A DNA stretch of 64,000 bases from Ruditapes philippinarum (taxonomy: Eukaryota). Of this stretch, positions 12,470-24,600 are shown piece by piece. Positions within the stretch are counted from its first letter, which is position 1; the number at the start of each line of letters is the position of its first letter. The position numbers and the translations under genes were made by a program. The notes under the pieces are model-generated. The model was not told the origin of the DNA. It made no database searches and saw only the letters and a list, made by a program, of their open reading frames with translations. Location: positions 496,001-560,000 of the forward strand of contig NW_026856125.1 in assembly GCF_026571515.1 (NCBI RefSeq), in the 5' to 3' direction.

Positions 12470-14895
12470 ACATATTTATTTGATAATAAGGCCACCGGCC
12501 CATAATATACAAAGCAACATGGATAAACATTTTACGTCCCTCTAATTAATATCGTCAGCTTTACAAAGAATATGGTGTATATACATGTAAATACATATAT
12601 TACGTATTGTTGTATCACAACTCGAGTTCATTAATGAGTAGAAATCATTTAAATTTGTTCTTCCATCATACCAATTTAGTAAGAATAGTTGGCGTACTTC
12701 ATTATATTTATAGCAATGGAAAAAAACATGAAATTCACAATCTATAATTGAGATATTTCTATTATTTATACAATATGTACAAAAGCATTGTTCTCTTGGT
12801 ATATTTAAATGTTTGCCGATTTCTATTTTAAGTTTGTGGTTAGAACACCTAAACTTAGAAAAAGATTTTTTATAAATAAATGGTAAAGCCAATATTAAGT
12901 ATTTTTCAACATTTAAAAGTGATTTAAAATTTCTATAATGAAAGCATCGACTAGAAGTATTAATATCGTTATGCCAATTTTGAGTGTAGCAATCAACACA
13001 GTCTCTGTTTAAACAAATGAATAAACATGTCAGGATTACCTATTTCTTGCAAAATTCAGGCAAACCCAAAACCAAACTCGAATGATAATTTTTTTTATCT
13101 AAGTAGCCCAATTATATCTCCCACTATCATCATGATTTTTCAACATAAGATAACTTTGTCGCGAATATCTCGATTGTTGCATAGTCAATAACTTGCACCA
13201 ATATTTTATACAGTTTTATACAGTCATATAAAATATACATAATGGTAATCTGCCACATTCTCCTAGTGCCATTGCGTTATTTGTAGTTCTATTAACATTT
13301 AGGCACCTTTTACAAAAATCATTATGAACAGTTTCAATAGTATTTACATAACAATAACCCAATACTTGTGAGGCATAAGATAATATTGGTTTCACCAAAG
13401 CATCAAATAATTTAAAGTATTCTTTGACTGGAAAATATCCAAATGACTTTTGATACTGTTTGATGGCTAGAATAGATTTCTTGGCTTGAATAAACAAATT
13501 TATTGTGGGTTGATGACCAAGATATAGTAGGTGTAAGATAAACAACCATATATTTATAAATTGATACTACATTAACAGGAGATCCACGATAGAGCCAAGA
13601 TTCATAATTTCAAAGACCACCTCCATTACGGAATACCATAATCTCTGTTTTATTTAAATTCAATTCCATACCCGTATCTTGACAAAATACGTCTATTATA
13701 TTAATTTGTTGCTGTAATTTGACAGCGGTTTCTGCGCAATTAGGAATGTCGTTCGCAAACATAAGACAGCTAATGTCATGTATGTCGTTAGTTATAAAAA
13801 TTCATGTTCCACACGAGAGACGTAGTAACTCTGCTAATTCATTAATAAAAAGTATGAATATAGTTGTGCTGCTTACGTCTCCCTGTTTTGTTCCAGCATT
13901 AAAGGGGAAATAAACAGTAGATTAATAACAGCAAATGTTAGCATTAAAATTTGGTCTTTTTTAGCATGATTACAGTAGAGTTTAACACACGATAATAGAT
14001 CGGTATACATAGTCTTGAGCACGCGTAAAAAATTGCCGCGGAGACCTCTACGATATAATATTTCAAAAAGCTTCCCGTGATTTAATTTGTCGAATGCTTA
14101 CTTAAAATCAACATAAATACAATAGAATCTACCACCTTTTCTTGTTAAATATTTCTGAGCCATTGCTTGTAAACAAAATATTTTATCTACCGTTGAGTAC
14201 CCGTGTCGGAAGCCGGCTTGTGACTCGTCGATTTTATTATTATTTTCGGCCCAATTATAAACTAGAAAATACTTTATACAGAGTATTCTATACAGAAATC
14301 CCTATAAAGTTACTAGGGTCATTAATCGACCCGCTTTTATGGATTGCCGTTACCACGCTTTTACCCCAAATTTTAGGAAAGACGCCCGTGTTAAGTATTC
14401 TGTTAAACAACGCTTCAGTAACGTTAGTACTGTCATTTAATGTATATTTATAAAACTCTGATGGTATGCCATCAGGTCCGGGACTTTTGTCATTAGACAA
14501 ATTATTAATGGCTGATTCGATTTCAGCACGAGTAAACGGTTGATCTAGCTCAACACACTGTCCATTATTTATTTCAGTCAAATTATCCGTGTTAAGTGAT
14601 ATGGCGGAATCATCGAACAAAAGATCTTTAAAATACGCATACCATTGATTGGCTGAAATATTACAAAGTGTCTTTTTCGGAGGACGTGAACGCTTAATAA
14701 GTGACCACATATCCTTAGGATTATTACTAACATTAATGAGTTTTTGTCTTTGGTCGCGCTGAAAAAGTAGCTGTTTTCTACGACAATACGCCTTAAACAT
14801 ATAACGTTTTACCTTATATACTCTTAAATCATGTATTAAGTTTGATGTTCTAAACCTACGTAGCGCGTTATATTTCTCGCGTTTATGCACCGTTT
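12470..14895 (-). mobile_element. 5'-truncated degenerate non-LTR retrotransposon (RT + C-terminal CCHC; RTE-X/CR1-group, clade unresolved)
   Basis: KSPGPDGIPSEFYK, FVDFK.AFD, GTKQGD, LMFANDI, FRCSNHKLKIEIG..CTYC..EFHVFFHC; frameshifts and stops. Confidence 0.9.
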
Positions 14896-16603
14896 AAATC
14901 TTTATGCGTTTAACATGTATTTAAAGTTAATTAAATTCCTTCTTATTGTTGTTACATATATTTAGTTTAAATTAACTATTTTTACATGTGGAGAGAACCG
15001 GCCATGGAATACACAAATGCTTTGATTGTTTTTCACACAGCAATAGATAAATAAATGTTAGTTCTAGTATGTGTACAAAATATCATGAATTTCAAATATC
15101 TTATAACAAGAAACTGCACTCGAAATAGTATACAGTATATTTTAACTTTACTTTGACCATATTAAATCTACTTGGATATTTTATCCTAATAAGTCTTGAA
15201 TTCTAAAACGGAAATTAGTCACGCTTGGATCGACAACTTAAAAAGGTGCCTATCGGTAACAAAAGTCACTTAGATTCGAACCCATCCAAGAATATCAGTG
15301 ACCATTTATGAATTTCTTGATTATTTAAATACGTTATTTGCACATTCCTGTGTTACTGTATATGCACAGTGATCATAGTTATTATTGTTATTATCTATAC
15401 TACATCTGTTGTTGCTGTTGCTGATGTTCTTGTTGTTGTTGATTTTGTTGTTGTTGTTGTTAGTATTATTTATTTAATCATAGTTGATTGGTGACGATAC
15501 TATAAAAGTCTTATTAACAGAATTTATCATTTTAAGCTAATTCAAGTCTTGCACGTTTTACAAGAACGATTGAACATATCCTCTTTAATCCTTTAAGATA
15601 CAAGTTCTGTATAAATTCAGAATACAATCTGGTCATTTCAAGACGGCACCAAGACATACTGGTAATACAAGTTCTATACAAGTATGGATCAAATCACATC
15701 AACAAACAATTGCTACCATAGTTACAAGGCGAAGTATGCTGAAAATGGCCGCCATAGTAGCAACATCTATGTAATGCATGACAGGATCAGACCATTTAAA
15801 GGAAATGATTTAATATCAAAATGAACTTGTTACTTACATATTTTTAATTTGCTAAAATTCATTTCCATGTCATCTGAGTATTTTTCCTTGAAAATGTAAA
15901 ATTTCATCTAAAATCATTGATTATTTATTGTTATATCATGCAAACTATAAACTAAATGACCCCAATTAAGGATTCATTGGAACAAGTTTTTACCCAAGGA
16001 GCATGACTTATGTAAATTCAATAGCGCATAAATTCGCCTTTCCTTTTATTAGTTTGTGTTCAAATGCTCTTTTTAAAACAGAGTAAAGATGATAAATAAT
16101 ATATGAGCATACCTAAGATTCCACAGAAATGATAACAAACTGCTATCATGCCAAAAGTATACACGTCTATTGAAAATTGCGCATGCGTTAACACTTTTAA
16201 TTAGAATTTAAAGGATCAACAGTCGTAGTAAACGGGTACGAATTCAACACACTATATTATGATTTACAATGTCATTGATGAACAAACACGTGTCAATAAT
16301 TCAAAATTTATACATCCCGGCCATCTTTTGAAAACCTGATGTAGTTATTTATGTGTAAGAATAATTATGATTGTATGACAATCTTAAAGGCTTGTTCATA
16401 CTGTTTTGGTGACACTTTTGCTTGTGTCCCTTGTTGTTTTCTCGTCTACGGTTAGTTTCTTCCCCTTTGCCCCTGGTTTTTGTTTCTTTTATTACCCCCC
16501 CCCCTTCCCCCGGTCTCCTGTCCCCTACCCTGTGTCCTTTGACACAGTTAAAAATAAACAAGTTAAAAAAAGTTAAAAATAAACAAGAAAAAGTAAAATG
16601 ACG

Positions 16604-16946
16604 TTAATAGAGGACATTGAGTGAGTGTAAGTTCAACACTGAATTTATTGCACATTTTGAATAAAATTATATTATCGAGCCTCTGGCGAGCATAATATTA
16701 TTTTATTCAACGAGTGCAATAAATTCAATAATGAACTTACACGAATTTAATATTCTATTTATCAAATACCCAAAATAAAGACCGTTTAAAGTTAAATAAG
16801 AGTCATTTTTCGTCTATAGTATAACGCTAACATTTAGCGCGTCTTTACACTATGTTTGTATAGTGCTAATGACGTCACGTAAAAATGTATTCACGGCCGT
16901 GCAATTTTTTTTTCGGAGTCGCAAAATTGGCACGGGTTTGTGATAA
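16604..16946. mobile_element. Palindrome-headed element (Crypton-like, tentative)
   Basis: ~70-bp imperfect arms 16604-16761 around CGAGCCTCTGGCGAG; no TSD seen; right end approximate. Confidence 0.4.
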
Positions 16947-18977
16947 GTTTTTTTATGTTACGGTCGATATTTCGACGTTACGTCATGTGACTGTCACCAT
17001 CATGTGACGTCTGCGAAGTCAATGGTTGCAATCTTCAAAGGGAGGTTATCACTGTGAGGAGTTTAAACCAGACAGTTAAGTATTTTAATTGACGTCATAT
17101 ACGATGTAATATGACGTTTAAGTATACATTTTATATGTTGTGAATATATCGTATAATATAGCACTTGATTGCATTTTCTCACTAATCAGATAGAAAAATC
17201 CGTAAATGTTACTGAAAATAGCGGTGTTGGAAAATATTATCTCACATGGGATTATCTCACACTTAACATGTAGCACTTCTAAAAACGTATTCCTACACAT
17301 TCGCGATTCACTCCTATTTTAACAAAAGTGAAACGCAAAAGGTCAAAATGTGCTTATCTATTTAATTGTCCGCGGAATCAAAAAAGATTGGTATTAACTT
17401 TCACACTGCAATGAGTCCTACTCTACCTTGGTCCGCCCGTTTCAATATCGTTCGGTTACTAAAAATAGCACACTTTAAAACATGCAAAATTCTTCGTCAA
17501 ATCGGATATGATGACATTTTGCCTGAAAAACATCCATGTTTTCTGTTATGATAACGATGCATCTTGATGACGAATCTCATTTTGATATATTTTAATTGAA
17601 TATTCGGCCAAAATAACCGAATAAAGTAGAAAAATCATTGCAAACGGTAAACGCTTTTTGTCAACCATAAAAGTATAGACTGAAATCCTTATAAACACTT
17701 ATATAATGACACTTTTCGAATTTAATATTAATGTGTTTTGTCATGATCACCTTGCTTTTTGATGAGGGATCTTATTTGAATTTACTTTCATTGAATTTTT
17801 CACAGAAGAAAATTTTGCGGACGTACTTAATGCTTTTTGTCAGACGCCTAAGCCCCGCCCCGCTTTTCATAACTAGGTACGTTGTAATGCGCGTAGCAAG
17901 TAGTTTCACTGATATTTTGTTTCTTGTGTGTCCAGGTGAGTGAGAAAAATAATCAATCATTGGGTTAGATAGAGGATCCTGTATCTAACCCAATGATAGA
18001 TTCTATTAATCTCATTGATTTTGGAATAGTGTGAAGTGTGTTATAATATATCACTATGAAAATTTGAAAATTTGAAAATTTAGTGAAAGTCAAGGGGGAG
18101 AATCACGCCGTTCATTACCCAAATAAGATGGCGGATGACGCCGAAAAGTAAGGTTTAACTTTTTTTTCTCTGTAATTCGTAATTTTCTCGTGTAAAGGTA
18201 CATATAATAACCTTCTTCACAATTTTCCGGGCTCATAGGATTTTATTTGATGATGTTTCGTCGCGTCCTTCATCTTAAATGCGCGTCACAAGTATCGAAG
18301 CGAGATAATATTCCACCGATTTGATCGTGATAACGTACTGCTTCCTCTTTCTCAAATTTACTGTTTCTTTTACATATATGCGTATTGACTGAAACCGCTG
18401 ACTTTAAAAAGTTGCAATATGTTGTCATCTAAGCATTCATGCCCATTCTGGCTAGAATTACGGCTGTAAATATTAATATCGGGGCATTTTCCGGAACTGA
18501 TAACGTATAGCGCACAAAAGATCAATGATAACATACGGTGCATTTTACTACTTGATAGATTTCCATTTCTCCAATCAGCTTTTAATGAATTATTTGTATG
18601 TCGGAAATGATAGATATCTGAAAGTGGTTTCTAGCAATGTTACAAAAATCCGTCTTTCAATATCAATTTGTAAAGGGAATGTTTATTATCATATCAAACT
18701 AAACGATCAACTAATTTGTTTTGTGTTTCTGAATGAAATTTGTTTTAAAGACAGCACAGGTAATGACTGATAGATAAGTGTTTCGGTTTTGTTAATCTGC
18801 TTTCTTTTATGGCACTACTTAAATTCTAATACATAGGGTTTCTACGGGGATTGTTTTAAATCGATATTGAGATTGCGCACGTGCTGGAAAAATAAAGCAA
18901 ACGTTGAATAAACAGACAAGGGGTGGATACACTATCAGTTTATGTACGAATTATTCATGCACACCTAATGTCAATAT

Positions 18978-19015
18978 TATAAAAAGAACGAATAGTCACA
19001 AGTTTTGTTTCAGTT
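18978..19015 (+). promoter_or_regulatory. Candidate core promoter of lectin copy 2 (TATA + Inr)
   Basis: TATAAAAAG at 18978 and TCAGTT initiator-like motif at 19010-19015, ~90 nt before the ATG at 19104. Confidence 0.45.
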
Positions 19016-19103
19016 AAGCGAAGCAAGTTACAGGCAAACAGTCTATGGTACTTTTTTAAAAAGATTTAATAAATATACATGTGTAACTTTAATGTGTGCC
19101 ATC

Positions 19104-19434
19104 ATGAAAAAAGCTCATCTTACCATTCTTTTTATTCATTTGATATTTTTCTGCCGGGAATTTGGATTTGCTTATGCTTTTCTGAAATTTTACAAAGACG
19201 TTGAACTGAGCGGGTATACTTGTCCGTCTGAGCACGTCCTTTTCCGTAATGGGAACGGAATAAGCTTATCGCAATGTTTATTTTTGTGTGTTGAAAGAGG
19301 TAATTGTTACGGATTTTTTCATCAAGACGCTGGACAATGTATCGGCTGTAGAGATAAGTTTCCGAAGAGCTCCAGCTATCCAACATCCAATGACACGCTT
19401 TTCTATAGAGCTCCTTTGGAATATATTATTTCAA
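19104..19434 (+). CDS. Lectin gene copy 2, exon 1: signal peptide + PAN/Apple-like domain
   Basis: MKKAHLTILFIHLIFF..AYA hydrophobic leader; TC..SQCLFLCVERGNCYGFF..QCIGC 6-Cys PAN-like pattern; A|gtaagt donor, phase 1, compatible with exon 2. Confidence 0.8.
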
Positions 19435-19526
19435 GTAAGTCTTTATTATTAGATTAAAAACATTATAATATGCAATGATTTTACCAGCAAAGATCGAGAA
19501 ATTTCTACTTACCATACAATAGTTAC

Positions 19527-20720
19527 CTTTTTAGCTCGATTTGTAACAGCTACGTTAGCGTTGTCGTTGTCTTATCGTCCGCAGACGTGTACCTTGATCA
19601 TAACTTTATAAGTTCTATGTGTATTGTCACCATATTTGGCCACAACAACCCTTCGGAAAGACCTTTTAGTAGACCCGACTAAACTGAACCTTCATCCATA
19701 AATGACCTTAAATAAATGTTTAAATTGTGCTTGTTTATCACTATGAGTGACTATAACTTGGTTATCTTTGAATGGATTGTCTTGAGCACAATGATTTTTT
19801 AGGATAGACCTTTAAGTTAACCAGATGGACCGTGATATTTATTCAGAAATGACTTGACCTTGTCAAATGTCTAAATTTGCTTTTTTTTCTTTTTTTTGCT
19901 GTGGCTATAACTTCGTTATTTATGAATTAATTGTCTTAAACTTGAGCATAATATTTGAGGAGAGACCTTTAGGTTAACCAGACAGATACAGACTTTAATC
20001 TTCACTCATAAGTGACATTGACCTTGAAGGTCAAATAATTGATTTTTCATTTTTTTTGGTGCTGTAATTGGCTATAACTTTGCTATTTATAAACGGATTA
20101 ACTTCATATTTAGGCATCTTTTAAGTTAGGACGTCCATGTTTATCAAAATCAAATTGACCTCGACTCATGTTGTCCTTGACGTTGCAGGTTAAACTATTG
20201 AATTTTCACTGGTTTATGCTATAATTGACTGTAACTTGGTAATCAATGATTGGATTATCTTCATACATTGACAAAACAACATTTTTGACAAGACCGTCTT
20301 AAAAGTTACATTAACCTTGACCTTGAGCTTTAATTAACATCGGAATTCAAGGCCAAATTATTGAATTTTGGTTAAATTGTTATAATTTTGTTATTTATTT
20401 ACTGATTTTAGATAAACTTTGGCAAAACAAGACTTGCTACTAAACAAGTATATTGACTAATTTAGATGAGATCTTGACCTTTACTTTGACACCCAAATTA
20501 GAAATTCTCTTTTTTCTGTTTATTATTTATGTACGGATTTGATTCTTTATTTTGTCCTTTATTTATTGAAAGGATTCACAATGGAACAAAACAACAAATG
20601 TGACTAGACTAAAAAGAGGAAAAACTTATTTTTTCTTAAATTTCTTGTTAAATATTTGTTTGAACAATTTAATTGTTTGCATTCAGTAAAGCAAACAAGT
20701 CGAGCGTTGTCCGTGACCCT
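19527..20720 (+). mobile_element. Helentron-associated (HINE-like) element in lectin intron 1; paralog ends at ~912
   Basis: 5' TTTTAGCTCGA, 3' GTCGAGCG sub-TIR; the paralog keeps the hairpin + CTCTTGTT end; degenerate 'tgaccttga' repeats. Confidence 0.55.
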
Positions 20721-21467
20721 AAAATTACAATGAAAAATAAAAATGATTATAGTGTTTTGTTTATTATATCTATACGGGATATTTGATTTTAAGTGAATAT
20801 TGCATATATTAATAAATCCCCAAATGTCAAGATTACTTTCACCACAATTTTACAATTTTCTTGTTTTCATATTTCCTCCAACAGTACGATCTGATAAAAT
20901 TCATTTTAAAAACAGCTAATGGTTATCTAGTCCTACTTTAATGTGCAATTCATTTCATGTTAATGCAGCTAAAAAAAGAAAAAAGAAAAAGCACATTAAA
21001 AGAAAAATGCGACGTCGTCACATCAATCGAAATAGGGGAGATCCCCCGAAAGTAAAAAAAAATGTGAAAGTTCAACATCTTTTACGTCCCTATCACCACC
21101 AGCTAAACGGTCAATGGTCAAGAAGGACCATAGAAATTTTATAACACTGAATTAAAGAACAGATGAGCGAAGTGAATGTTTAAAAAAATCATTATCATTC
21201 ATAAAAATTAAACATTGTGTTTAGTTTTGTTTTAACGTAATAATTACTTAATAAAATGATAGGGTTTGATCTATATATTGATTAAGCTAAAATGAGTTTT
21301 TTTGCGGTATAGAATATATAAACAAAAATTAGAGTTGAAAATTAGTTTCCATGAAGCTATACCCTACCCATGATTGCTATTGGGTAGAAAACGTTTATAT
21401 TTTTCCCAAAAATAATTAAGTTATTTGTTTATTACACATCTTTTGAGTTCTGTTTTTACTCTTTCAG

Positions 21468-21511
21468 AATATATCATCGTGCCAGAAGCATTGACATGGC
21501 ATCAGGCTCAG
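21468..21511 (+). CDS. Lectin gene copy 2, exon 2
   Basis: tttcag|..|gtattt; KYIIVPEALTWHQAQ. Confidence 0.85.
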
Positions 21512-22188
21512 GTATTTATGATAAAAACAAAGAAAACAGTGGAAAGTAGAAAACTCTTATTCCAGATTTTAAAAGCATGTGAATTTAAGATAAAAATGAC
21601 ATGAATTAATGTGACAGGCAGACCATGCGATCAACAGGAGATTACTTATTTTTGTTTTGGGTAAACGTTAATGGGAGACACAGGCAAAATTGTTATTTTT
21701 TCCTTTTGATTTTTTTATTTATTATCTGTAAATGTCCTCAAATGAATAAACTTATAATTGTTTCTGTCTTTTGACGCTGTTTCGTTAAATGCTATAACGC
21801 TTTCCGTAATGAAATATTATCTAAGTTAGGTAATTCGTAAATGCTTAAATGGATTATGTCGTTTCCATACTCATATGATCAATTCTCAAAAGAATTGAAA
21901 CATAAAATGTCTCTTTACATATAAAACATGAAAAATGTACGTAAACAGAATAAAATGTTCTGTAACAAATTTTTTTTATACATTTAGATTTTGACCATAA
22001 ATCAATCTTTTAGTGTCCGTGCCATTCGCTTTTTAAGGAAATATAGAAAGTTTTACATATTTCTTTCATACAGGTATTTACAATTTTTCATTTTTTCAAA
22101 CTATAGTTTTGTAAATTATAGCCAGCAAATTTATAGCTTTATACACTTTTAAGGCTTTCACGACTTATTTATATATATAAGTGATTAC

Positions 22189-23217
22189 TTATTATCCCGA
22201 GCCGAAAAAATTCGGCGGAGGATATAGAAATAGTCTCCGTCCGTCCGTCCGACCTTCCGTCCTTCCGTCCGTCCGTCCGTCCTTCCGTCCGACATTTTTG
22301 TCCGGAGCATATCTCTAAAAGTATTTGAGTTATCAACTTGAAACTTCATAGGTGGATAGACCTCATTGAGGAGGAGTGCAGTGCACAAGAATGATAACTC
22401 TACCTTTCATAATTTTTGAGTTATTGCCCTTTGTTATTTTCCATACCTAATTTTTCACCTGAGTGGAGCATAACTCAAAAAGTGTTTGAGATATCAACAT
22501 GAAATGACATAGGTGGATAGATCTTATTGAGGAGGAATGTTGTGCGCAAGAATGATAACTCTTCCCTATACAATTTTTGAGTTATTGCCCTTTTTTCATG
22601 CTATTTTGTCCAGAGCTTATCTCAAAAAGTATTTGAGGTATCAACTTTAAACTTCAAAGGTGGATGGATCTCATTGAGGAGAAGTGCAGTGCTTAAGAAT
22701 GATAACTCTACCCTGCATTATTTTTGAGTTATTGCCCTTTGTTATTTTTCAAAATTAATTTTTGTCCAGAGCATAACTCAAAAAGCCTTTGAGATATCAA
22801 AATGAAACTTCATAGGTGCATAGATCTCTGACTCAGGAGGTGTGCACTGCACAAGAATGATAAACTCTACCTTTTATAATTTTGAGTTATTGCCCTTTGT
22901 TCTTTTTCATACTTTAATTTTTTCTCAGAAAGTATTTGAGGTATCAACTTGAAACTTCATAGGTGGATAGATTTTAATGATGAGGGATGCAGCACACAAT
23001 AATGATAACTTACCCTGCATTATTTTTCAGTAATTGCCCTTTGTTATTTTCAGCCATCGGTATTCACATAGGTTTCAAATCTGTAATCACTATAGCCATC
23101 AGTTTTCATTACCAAAAGACCTCTTAAAATAGAATTATTCCGCTCTACTACATATACATTCTTCCAATGAGCAAACACATTCGGCGGGGGATGGCCATGT
23201 TGACATGGCTCTTGTTT
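22189..23217 (+). mobile_element. HINE/DINE-1-like element with internal ~150-160-bp tandem array
   Basis: 5' sub-TIR + inverted copy, (CCGT)n, ~5 repeats, 3' TTCGGCGGGGGAT + GCCATGTTGACATGGC hairpin + CTTGTT. Confidence 0.85.
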
Positions 23218-23275
23218 AGTATAATTTTACAAATATATAACTTTGATAAAAAATATATGTTTAATGAAATCACAG

Positions 23276-23360
23276 GACAATTGCAAAGCTAAAGGGGGAT
23301 CATTGGTGAAGTTTGATTCAAATGAAGAAAGGGAACTTGTGGAAACTAACATCTTACAGG
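23276..23360 (+). CDS. Lectin gene copy 2, exon 3
   Basis: cacag|..|gtttgt; DNCKAKGGSLVKFDSNEERELVETNILQ; 5 substitutions versus copy 1. Confidence 0.85.
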
Positions 23361-23674
23361 GTTTGTCTATATTGTTTCACATTTAAAAAGCGGATTAAGC
23401 TTAGTTGTTTGAAAAGATTAATGAATACAAAATAAGGATGCACATTTTAACATATAACTTTGTCCTGCTACACACACACACACACATATATATATATTTG
23501 TTTATAACCAAGTTAACACGATTATCTGTTACACTTAAAATTGAAAACTTACATGTGTTTGCTTCTATCTAAGACGTTGAAAGTTTTAAATCTTGTTCAT
23601 TTTCTCTTGGTCGATACCAATGTCTGCTAGTCACATCTAATGAATTAATTTGCTATAGATTATGTTTTTTCCAG

Positions 23675-23835
23675 GTTTTGTTGATGGTAGCGTGGTATGG
23701 ATAGGTGCACATTTTGAACTGAACCTTCATGATCAAACTCAGCAATGTTTTAAATTACACAAAAGTAATGGAATCTGGGTTTCGTATGATTATTCGTGTA
23801 GTAATACTCTCTTTAGCGTATGTCAACTTAACTAA
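23675..23835 (+). CDS. Lectin gene copy 2, last exon (long-loop-deleted CTLD)
   Basis: ccag acceptor; GFVDGSVVWIGAHFELNLHDQTQQCFKLHKSNGIWVSYDYSCSNTLFSVCQLN*; open frame, 25 codons shorter than copy 1. Confidence 0.8.
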
Positions 23836-24600
23836 TAAATTAGTTGACATTTCGGACATTTATTCATTTTGAACTTGCTTGATATTATTGTTGATGCATA
23901 TCATAACAGTAAGTTGTGTGACAGAGTGATACCATCTCCTTCCATGCTGTAGATTGAACCTCTGTATAGAAAAATTCATAGAACATTGATAGATTTGTCT
24001 AGAATCAAAGCAGATAAAGGCATATACATGAATTGGTCTATAAAGGATGAAACCATTTCTCCAAAAAAAGATAACAAAAAATTAATAAGCGCTTCTGGTA
24101 AAGCTGAATACAAACAAAAATGGAGATATTTGAATAATATTTTATTTGTAACCATTATATCTACAACATTTAATGGTTGGACTGCGCTATGAAAGCGTAA
24201 ACATATCATCTCTGTTTCCATAAATTTAATGAGTATTGACAAGTCATGGTAATTTATTAGCTAAGTATTATTACAGTCAACAAAAGATTAACAAATTATA
24301 AACGAAAAGAAAGAAATAGATGAAAATGCATTTTGTTGTAGATATAGTCTTACATTCTTTCAGCATCCAACTCTTTTTGAACTCCTTAAACATGTTTCCG
24401 TAGTTTTATATTGATGATGAATGTCCGTTTACTAATTCTCTATATTCATATGCACTTGCTTGCATCAATATGTACAACACCAATAAAAACCCTTCTCTCT
24501 GCATCGGCTACGCTATGTTTGTTTTATTTTATATTTATTTCTATAACCTATGTCATTTGATCAATATATTAATGTACATCATATGTTAAATTACCTTATT

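Noticed and set aside
22296-23050. CRISPR-like or coding repeat array (also 54330-55740)
   Set aside because: Contiguous ~150-170-bp monomers with no unique spacers, inside HINE-type termini; eukaryotic context, no cas genes.
4723-23835. Diversity-generating retroelement (variable C-type lectin repeats flanking a reverse transcriptase)
   Set aside because: The RT is a broken LINE; the two lectin exons are parts of a long intron-containing duplication; differences are not restricted to adenines.
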